From Lepidodermella squamata (taxonomy: Eukaryota; Animalia; Gastrotricha), in the NCBI GenBank assembly GCA_047495785.1, contig JBLDXI010000054.1, forward strand, positions 2,356,001-2,420,000: 64,000 nucleotides of DNA. Reading direction: 5' to 3'. Numbering within the stretch: the first letter of the stretch is position 1; the number at the start of each line of letters is the position of its first letter. Below are positions 52,093 to 61,765 of this stretch, piece after piece. Below the pieces are notes generated by a model. It saw nothing but the letters and a program-made list of their open reading frames with translations, did no database searches and had not been told where the DNA came from. The position numbers and the translations under genes were made by a program.

Positions 52093-55000
52093 ATGTCTAA
52101 AACGCCGGGTTCTGCTGGCAATGTGAATAAGCCGTTTAAAAAGCCGACCATGGTCCAGGATTCACCTGTTATCCCATCGAAAAACACACTTCCTGCAGGT
52201 CGGCGGCCCATAGCACCCCCAGCTAAGGCGCCGTCTGCTCTAGCGAGGCAAGAAATGCCCCCTCCACCAGTTCCTAGCCGAGATGTTGCCTCCCCGTCGC
52301 AAAATCGGTCTGAAAATCAGCCACCTCATCACCAAATCGCTGTATCGAAAAAATCGGATGATAATCAGAAGATTACTAGTCAAAACAACCGAGCGAAAGA
52401 GCGAGAAATCATGCCCCCTCCACCTCCTCCAGCTCAAATTTTGTCGCAGCAAATGACCCCATCAGTCAGACGACGCCAATCCGCTATCAATATCGACGTT
52501 CCACCGCCGATTGGCGCCTGGAAATCGAATACAAAAGTCGGGAAGGCTGTTTTCGAGTGCGGCGTGACGTTGTACCCGGATCGCCAAACTGAATGCGCAG
52601 TCGAGGGCAGTTTATTCCGCCGTGAATTTGCGAAAAAAATCGCGTCTGGCGAAATTTTGGTCGATGAAGTTGTGGCGTTCACGGAAGATTTCATCCAAGA
52701 TCGAACTCAGTTACTTCAAGCGTTAACTCCGTCGATTTTGCTGCGAAATGACGAAGATGGTGACAACGATGCGTCTCACCCGGAACAGCAGCACAGCTTT
52801 TTGCGGTTGTTACTCAGCGTCGAGGCGTTGCAGCAAGATATTTCTGATACTTTGCTGCTGAAATTGATTGATATTGCTGATCCGAATAACAGTACCTACA
52901 ACGCGGCGTTGGTTGGTGTTGATTTGCCGTTCATGATTGTATCTCAGTTCAAATGGCTCGAGCACATTGCGAGGCCGGATAAAATGATTGCCTCATTTCT
53001 CGACGCGATCTCACTAGATGACCGCAAGGTAACTAATTTTCTGCTTTTTTTCTTGTAAATTTTAATGAGAATTTTAACAATGCTTAATATTTTGAAATTA
53101 TTTTGTGAACATGTAAAAAAATATTTCATTTGAAAATATTGGAAAATATTTCTACGGTTCTACTATATTTGCGCAAGCATACCTATCAAGACATTTGAAG
53201 GGAAATTCCGTGAGTGTGTACTAATTTATCGATCCCTGTTGCATACAACAGGTATACAGGCATACAACTGTATAATAGGTAACTGATTGTTGCACAGATT
53301 AAAGTAGATAATCGCCCTAAATGGCATAGTTATTTAGAAAATTCGGCGCGCGTCATATAATTTGTCAGTGATCAGTGCTAAGAGCGATAAAATTCATTCA
53401 TTTCTATCATTTCCATAGAAGTGGAATATGACGACACGGAGAAGACGCAAATAAATCATAGCCGTTATTCACGTGAACAAAAACAAGCTATAAATAGATC
53501 GGAAAAATGCCGATTGGACGGTGATAAAGTGCACATGGAAAAGATGTCGTATAGGCGTATCTTGGTCTAAGTCTACGTTTATTTACACAAGTTCAAAGGT
53601 TATTACACCTTGAAATGATTATCCACACTGTTAACGACCACACTTGGTTTGGAGATAGGCGAGCTATTCACGAACGAAGTGATAAAGATGAGAAAATGAG
53701 CTTCTTATGTTCCATCCCTGATATTTCACATGTTATATCATGTCACATAACCTTTATGTGCCGGCTGCCAACCCTATATCCTTTTAACATGAATAAAGCA
53801 AAAGATAAGAGTGTAAATTCTATACATGAGGACTTTCTGTCTTATTATTCTGACTTATACTTCAGAATACAGAAACTTACAGAAGTGAGCATACTCTCTA
53901 TTCCACCTTCATCTTGTAAACTCATTCAACCCCTCATATAATTGTACATCTCAGTATTGCTTACGCTTAATGCATTGATTTTTACCATAGAAGTTGCGCG
54001 CTTATATAACAAATTTTAGTATTATAAACTACAACGCATAGTTTTCTTTGGGAAATGGATAACGAGACGAGACAACAGTTGGCAGAATTGGAAAGATTAT
54101 TGAAGAGTCAACATGAAAACGAAGAAACCGTCAAAGTTAATGTGATAACGGCTGGTCACACAGGTGTAGGCAAGTCCACGTTAATAAACGCCATATTCGG
54201 CTCCAAAGTAGCTCTTACCTCTGGCTGCAAACCGATGACGCAAGGTATTGAAGAACACGTGCTTGGACCTATGCACTTTTTCGACACGAAAGGGCTGGAG
54301 TTAGCAACCTGCAAAGTAATCAAGGAACAACTGATAACGCACATTCGCAAAAGGAACAGCAGTAAGGATGCCAACGAGCATATGCACATCGCATATTACT
54401 GCATTGATGAGCAAGGATGTCGATTGCAGGATATGGATAAAGATATAATACAGACGATGGTCGATGAAGGGGTAGTAGTAATAATGGTGGTAACAAAGTC
54501 ATTTAGCGATGAGGAGACGGAGCTATCAAAATCATTAGTGAAACATTTCCCCTCTTTGACGTTGGTTCGAGTTAACAGCTTGGACAAGAAAATGAGGGGC
54601 GACTGCATTATTCCACCTTATGGCGTTGACATAGTAGTACAAGAGACGGCAAAATGCATTCCTGAAGCCCAACAGATCGCTTTCGTTGCGGCACAGGTAG
54701 CTTGCGTTAAGAGCAAAAAATTCGCATGTGGACTTATTATCGCTGCATCTTGTACTGCCGCAGGTGCATTTGCTGCCACGCCGATACCGTTTCTGGATTT
54801 GGCTGCAACGCCTCCTGCGATAATGGCAATGTTCGCATCGATGAATGAGGTTTTTGATGTGCAAATGGATGTAAAGTCAAACTTCCAACTATTTAAAGGC
54901 ATTATTTTTAGTTATTTTTCATCCTCAGGGGCGCGGCTTACTGCGTTGCTTGTTGGTGAAGTATTACAACTTATTCCGGGGCTAGGTAGTATTTTGGGGG

Positions 55001-58000
55001 GTGCTATAACAGGTTCAACAGTGTTAGCAACAGTCGCTGTAATTGGCAACAATTACTTGCAGTCTCTTATTGAAACTTACATTGAAAACAACAGGAGTCC
55101 GCCATCTGCAGATGCTGTTATAGCACGCTTTCAACGTCACTGGGAAGACGTAAATAAAGTTAAGAATGAAGGGCAAACATAATTGGAGTGAGTTGAATAC
55201 TAAACTGTATGATTGTGTTGATATTTATGGCTTGCAACTACCTATTCTGTTGTGAACATTGATTTACCTGCATCTGCATTCTCCTCTTCCTTTCGAACAA
55301 AACCACATGATATTGATTTCAGAAAATGATAACCCATATTTGACGATGAATAAAGGGATGAACTATAATTACTTGCGAAGATTAACTGACGCGAAAATTA
55401 ATAAAATAAGAGAAAAATTAGAAATGTTTCTTATCATTTAAAAAAGTTCTTGCTAAAGTGTCTTATCAGTTTCAAAGGTTGCTATACATTTCTATAATAA
55501 TAATATGGATGATCAGTTTTTGTGTGTAAATACTGCAGGGGCGGCGCCCTGGCCAGAATGTGTGTAATTGCTTAGGTCGAAAAGTATTGCAGCCCGCTAA
55601 CCGCTGTAAGCAGTCCATGCATTTCTGATATACCGCACCCTGCAAAATGTCCGGATCTTTCGGCAATATAATGCAACAACAAAATTCGACGAGTCAGCTA
55701 TTTTTTTACTTTTTTGAAATGTTCCGAAAACTTGGTACCTAATTATCGAAAATAATGCAGCATTTACAAATATAAATTAACTGACATTTTTAGAATTATC
55801 CTACAAAAGCGCGGAATATTTAAAATTTAGATTATAATTTTTCAGGTAATCAGTAAAGAGCTTATTTCAGCTCTTCCTGAAATTTTCGGCGACGCCCAGC
55901 ACCCTCAAATCGTGGAAAAATTGCGGCATCTCCTCGACGACCCTAGATCACCCTACCTCGCCGATGTTCTCGATACATTTTCCAACCTAAATCTCGAACC
56001 AGAAATCGTCGAACGGCTTCGATTGAAAACTCTAGACGCCGTCAAGGCAATGCGAGTAGAAAACATCCCAGCCGCCTTAAAATTCGTGCTATCAACTGTC
56101 ACGGCTGAAAACGCGTTCGAGCTCGTTGGGCGGGTTCGAAATCAGTTGGAACATATCGACGATGAAGACTACTGCTCAACGTTTTCAAACGAACAAATTC
56201 AGTCTCTATTCAAGTTGGTCTTTCACGAAATTAAGGCGGCTTTACTGCTGAATAGTTGCCAGCTGAGTAATTGGACGAAAATGTACACGCAACAGCCGCC
56301 GCCTGGTACGCCGGATGAAATCCTGCATGGCACCTACGAAATTCACCCGTTTGATTTTTCAATGCTGGTCATTCTGCACGCGATTTCGTTCCGCAAAAAG
56401 GCGATTGAAACCGTGTTGAAAACGCGTCGCCGAGCTGGCTTGTTGACTGACAAAACGATTCAGCACGCGTTCAAGCGCTACCACGAGGTGATGGGTGAGC
56501 ATTTGCGGTCTGTCGTGGCGATTGCGGATTCGTGCGTTCGCAATACGGACAACACGATTTGCTCGCTTGGCCGGCTGGTCTACACGCAGGCGTTTTGCGA
56601 ATTCGACAACATTTGCGTCCGGCAAGATATTGTTGCCAATTTGGTCACTCACGTGTTCTCATTGCCTATAGGGTAGGTCAAATTTATAATATTTAACTAA
56701 AATGTATCCTCCTTAAAAATTTGAAAGGGAAAATCGTACGCCGGTACCAATTTTCATTTGATTCAATACCTAACCGTTTTATTCGTTATTCAAGTGGTTA
56801 GGGTTAGGGTTGAAGGCTGGGTTTTAAAATTTGGGATTTGGAACTGATTGTTTGGAGATAATTTGGTACTGAATTCAATAATTTTGTAATGATTTCACTA
56901 AATCCCATTGGAAATCCCTCAGCGTCTTATAAAATGTTGAATTACTAGCGACATTTCTCACCTCAGAATACCCCAGAAAATATCGACTGAGTGTAAGAAA
57001 TTTCTTTCTGAAATTTTTCCGATTATTGATTGATACACAAATTCGAAGTTTTCCAGCGCGCATTTTCTAGAATTCGCATTTTTTTCTTTTAAACAATTGA
57101 AAGTGATTTTGTTCCTTTTAATTTATACAAAATATTTCCCTGATATTTTACAAAAATTTATATGACTGATTTTTATTTAAAAAATACATCTAATGAGTGC
57201 TTAACTTTACTTCCCTTTTGAGTAATTTTTTCGCAAATAATGAATCAAGTATATGGGACCATAGAGATCAGATTTAATCTTATCCCCATGTATGGGACAC
57301 AGGTACGGGAAATACTGTAATAATAGTTCAAAAAGAGCTCCGAAGCCTTCAAAACACGCTCGTGTGCTCACTCCGCACGTGAGCATTTGATCGATTTCAT
57401 GAAATCCGAGCATTCTCTATAGTAGCAATATGGTAATGATACTCAGGTTTTTGCCGCTTATAAGAAGATAGATATTCTGTACTTGACGAAACCCCCTTAG
57501 TATTTGAAATGAACCGACCAATTTTACACTGTCTAGTCCATAACGAGAAAAATAACTTGGCATTTAAATGTGTTTAATCAGTTACAAGCATATTTATTTT
57601 AAGAAATTTACGCAAATTTGTAGTTTCTGACGCAAAATCGTGTAGCTGCTGATGCAACACATCATAATTTATTTACACACCGTCCTAGCGTGTAATTTTT
57701 TTCGGTGATTCACAGGGCTCGTAAATAATTTGTTTCTTATCTGCAGGTCCTCAAACTGTGCAATGGATATACTACTGGCTCTATCAGAAGAACGGCCCGA
57801 ATTGCTGGTTTCATTCCGCGTTTTCGTCCGAAACATGCTCGACGTTCTCGATAACTTGCAGCTTACCGATGTCCGAAAACTGTACCGAATTCTGGCAAAT
57901 CTCGCCTTTGCCGATTCAGTGACGCTGTCAAGCAACGAACGCGGCCGATTCAAAGACGACTTGTACATGATAATTCGTAAACAACTCGCATTTACCGGGC

Positions 58001-61000
58001 CTGAGAACGCGAAATTCCGCCAATTCGGCGTGCTAGCCGCCGCGATGCTAGCCCGCGGCATCGGCCAATGGGCCAAACGCAACCCGGACGAAGACGGTAC
58101 GAATTCAACCGTCGACCAGCCATCGACCAGTTCCGGGTCTGGGATTTCGAACGAAATCACCGAATTATTCCACCTGGTTCAACGATCCGTGACGTCAACT
58201 GACCCGAATAAAGCCCGGGACGTGACTTCGCTCGGTCTTTTCTACGATGAGCTGTCGATTTTGGTGAGATCAGGGTGTCTACCGGTTGATACGGTCGCCT
58301 GGTTGTCGGAGCAGCTGCCGAATATGTTTGTCAAAGATTTTCTCAACGAATCGACGCCCCAGGTCAAAATCGATAAATTAGTCTCGCAGGACCAGTTTGC
58401 ATTGGGCGAGGAAGAGTACCAGGCGATTATGATTTTTCCAGTCGCGGCCGGTGCCATTGTTCAACCGAACCGAAAAACTGCCGATATCTACCACCTGTGC
58501 CCGTTATTTCGCCTTCTCGCCTGCTGCTGCGAGGTGATCAATGGCGGAATCGATATTCTAGGCAGTCAACTCGTTTGCCCGATTAATTTCCCGGCTTTGA
58601 AGGCGCTGTCTCGATTAAGGAAGATGAAAGTTATGTCGCTGAATGAGCAGTACGCGGTTTGCGAGGCCCTACTCGCCCTGGTTAACTGGTTTCGCGAGAC
58701 CCTGTCCATCTATGGCCGGTCACCTGATCACGAAATCCGGGGTCATTGTTTGAAACGACTCCACGATTTGATCCCGATCGCGACTGAGCTGGAGGAATAT
58801 CACAAATCCTGCCCGAGTTGGGTGCCTCGTTATATTACCTCTTCGGTTTTTACCAGTCAATCAACCGGGGGTCGCGGGAGGCCGGCCGGGGCGAAACCCG
58901 CGAAATCGGGTAAAACCGGGGCGAAAAAACCGAAATTGGCCGCAGTCCCGACTCAACCCCTCGGCACCCAAGTCGCTGGGACCCAGGGTGTCGGGTTGAC
59001 CCAGGCTGGCCATAGCACGTCGACGTCAATCACAAATTTTACTGTCATGTCGAAATTCCGCATCGCCTTTCGTGAGTTGAGTTTGGAATCATTGCAGTTG
59101 ATTGCCGGCGATCTCGGGTTGAAAGAAGCTAGTTCGTCCCTGCTTCAAATGTCAGCCTCATCCGCTAATTCGACCTTCTCCTCAGTTTTCACACCCCTCG
59201 AGGCGTTGTACCTGGTCGAAGATTTGATTGATAAGTTGAAGTACAAGCTTATCAGGGCGGGTTCAAAGGCGTTCGGCGCGTTTGCTGGGTCGAATTTTTC
59301 GGGTCAAACCTCGGAAATTGTTCACCGGTCTTTGGACGAAAAATCGCTGGATGAAGTCCTTGAAACTATTGTCGACCTAGTCGGGCCAATGTGTAGCCTC
59401 GCCCAGGGTTGTTTTGCTATGGTCAGGCAGGTTTTGGACGAATCTGATGGGATGGTTGAAAGGCTGGACGAACGAGCTGAATGGACGTCTGGCCTTCGGT
59501 TGTACGGGCTCATTTTCGACTGTTTCGGCATGTTGCTGGTCAACGTGCCGACTCTGAAGCCGGATTTGACGAAGCGACTTGTTTTCAACATTGCGAATTC
59601 GCCGGTTTCGAACGGCGATGAAATTTCGCATACGCCATCGGCTAATACGGACTATATTAGTGAGGCGTTCAAGTTTTTGGCCCAATTTTCGCCGTGTCTA
59701 CCGACTCTACTCATCTCTGGGTCTTACTTGAAGATGATGGAGGCGTTGCTGGCTCTTTGCAAGCGAGGAACACCGGTTCGATCAAATTTATCGACCAGAA
59801 TTTGTGAGTCATTTATTAAATTAGATTTGATTTAAATTTATTATTTTATTAAATTTTTAAGCTGGATTTTTTATTTGTTAAATTTTTAATTATTGACTTA
59901 AATATCTTTTTATTTATATTTATTTTCAGATGAAATCTGCGAATCGCTCCTGAAAAGTGACTGGACTGATGCGGAAACTGAGCCCGGTTGTTCGTCCTAT
60001 AAAGTTATTTCGCAAATTTTCCAAGCTTATCTCATCTACAACCCTGAAAAACTGCACGATTCACTGCGCGAATTTCTCGACGGCCCTGTCGGCGAGTTGA
60101 CCGGCCCCGGAGCTGGTAGAGACACGGTTTCAACGCGTTTCCGCAGTCTTTCAAGGTAATGTTTTTGTTGAAATTTATTATTCCTTTTATTTAATGTCAA
60201 TTTTCAGAAAAACTTTCCCGGCTTTTTACGAAGTGATGTTGACTCAGCTGATTCGGCTAGCCCAGACCACGCCGTCGCGTATAGCCGACGATGACGACGA
60301 TGAGACGAGTTCGCAGGGCAGCCAGGCGCAGCGTAGTCAGGCGTTATTCCCGCCGCAAAACTCGACCACTGATCTCGGATTTTTATCACAGCGCCACCAC
60401 ATGGTACCAGACGGCCAGAAATTCGGCTATCGCGAGTTGTTGCAAGCTTGGGACGATCTCGGCTGTGTTTTTCGCGACACGGTTGAACTAGTCCGAGTTT
60501 TCAGCGGCCGTAGTTGCCTAGTTTCAGTCATTAAGGTAGATTTTTTTCAAATCAGAAAATTCCTCCTTAAAAATTATATTTTTTTCAGCATGGGCGTAAT
60601 TTTTTGGAAATTTTTGCGAAACGTGGTATGCCGTTGTTGGACGTTGCTTTCAAGGGCAATCAAACGCAAGTTCGCGAGATTTTGTCCGTTGTTCAGAAGG
60701 GTACGCGAGTGCTTCACATCGTTTGCTCTGAGTCGAAAGCGCACAAAGACGTGGCTGTAATTTCGATGGTGCCGCGGTTGAAGAAAACGCTCGAGTGCTT
60801 CATTTACCGCGTCAAGCAAATGCTGACGGTTAACGGGTGCCTTGAAGCGTTTTTTTGCGGTGTCTTGAAGTCGAGAAATATCAAGGGTGAAGAAATTTCG
60901 TCGCAAAATCCGTACAAGCCTGAGGAGGACGAGGAAGATGAGGGCGACGAAGAATCGAAGCCGAAATCGAAGGGTAAAAAGCGAAAAAGTGAGGCGAAAC

Positions 61001-61473
61001 CGAAAAAATCTTCTAAGAAATCGAAGGGTGGGGAAGATGGGGAAGGAGACGAAGCCGAAGAGGGCGAAGAAGAGTCCGGCCCGGGCGAAGACGAGGTTTG
61101 CTATTTTTTACATCTCTCCATCTTCAAATCAAAAAATCTTTTTTTTTCTCGAATTTTGAAATTTTTCACGCTTTTACAATATTTTAAGGAGGATGGCGAG
61201 ACATTGGGTGAGGAAGATACAGAAAATGAAGATGAAGACGAAAATACTGTCACTGAGGGTAGTGATAATGACGATGAAACACCCGATTCGGTTGAATACG
61301 AGTCAGTTCGATCGACCACGTCGTCGGTAGCCCGGCAGAAGAAGAAACCGGTTAAACGTCACTCTTACAGTACGGCCTATGATGAAGATGAAGAAACTGA
61401 AGATGTTGATGACGGCAATGAAGAAGCCGATGACGATGAGGAAGTCGAAGAATACGAAGAAGACGATGAATGA
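52093..61473 (+). CDS. FANCD2: Fanconi anemia group D2 protein, 7 exons
   Basis: Exons 52093-53028, 55846-56672, 57747-59803, 59930-60155, 60208-60535, 60589-61095, 61189-61473. Motifs ISALPEIFGDAQH, DDLYMIIRKQL (monoubiquitinated Lys motif), LVNWFRE and VPRLKKTLE..NGCLEAFFCGVLKSRNIKGEEI; acidic tail. Confidence 0.93.
54003..54028 (+). promoter_or_regulatory. Candidate TATA boxes upstream of nested GTPase
   Basis: TATATAA near 54003 and TATAAA near 54023, 30-50 nt before ATG 54055. The context is AT-rich, so support is weak. Confidence 0.3.
54055..55182 (+). CDS. Bacterial-type Era/YcjF-like GTPase with DUF697-like C-terminus, nested in FANCD2 intron 1
   Basis: Intact, intronless 375-aa ORF. 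G1 GHTGVGKSTLINAIFG, G2 PMTQ, G3 DTKGLE, HIAYYCI, G4 TKS, AFVAAQ, ATPIPFLD and Gly-rich hydrophobic IPGLGSILGGAI. Confidence 0.85.
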   Translation: MDNETRQQLAELERLLKSQHENEETVKVNVITAGHTGVGKSTLINAIFGSKVALTSGCKPMTQGIEEHVLGPMHFFDTKGLELATCKVIKEQLITHIRKRNSSKDANEHMHIAYYCIDEQGCRLQDMDKDIIQTMVDEGVVVIMVVTKSFSDEETELSKSLVKHFPSLTLVRVNSLDKKMRGDCIIPPYGVDIVVQETAKCIPEAQQIAFVAAQVACVKSKKFACGLIIAASCTAAGAFAATPIPFLDLAATPPAIMAMFASMNEVFDVQMDVKSNFQLFKGIIFSYFSSSGARLTALLVGEVLQLIPGLGSILGGAITGSTVLATVAVIGNNYLQSLIETYIENNRSPPSADAVIARFQRHWEDVNKVKNEGQT

Positions 61474-61765
61474 GGGTGAATTTTAGGATTTCCATAACTT
61501 GTTGCTCTACCTTAAAATTTCAAATGATCTTTTGCCAAAATATGAATTGTCGAATCTCAAAGTCCGGTGTTCCTTCGAGAGGGTAACTGATTGTAATAGT
61601 CTGAATTTTATCTTAACGACGCTTTCTACTTTGCTATACGCTGTTGATTAACTTACCTATACGGCTCAACAAACTTGTCTTATATCGAAGATTTCTGATA
61701 TTAATCATCTTTATATTATTGCTGTTTAGATTCTTATATTTGTAAATAATTTTATAATTGAAAAT

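Noticed and set aside
55536-55642. CAGGGGCGG...CCGCACCCTG as terminus of an element carrying the GTPase
   Set aside because: No TSD and no matching end on the left of the GTPase.
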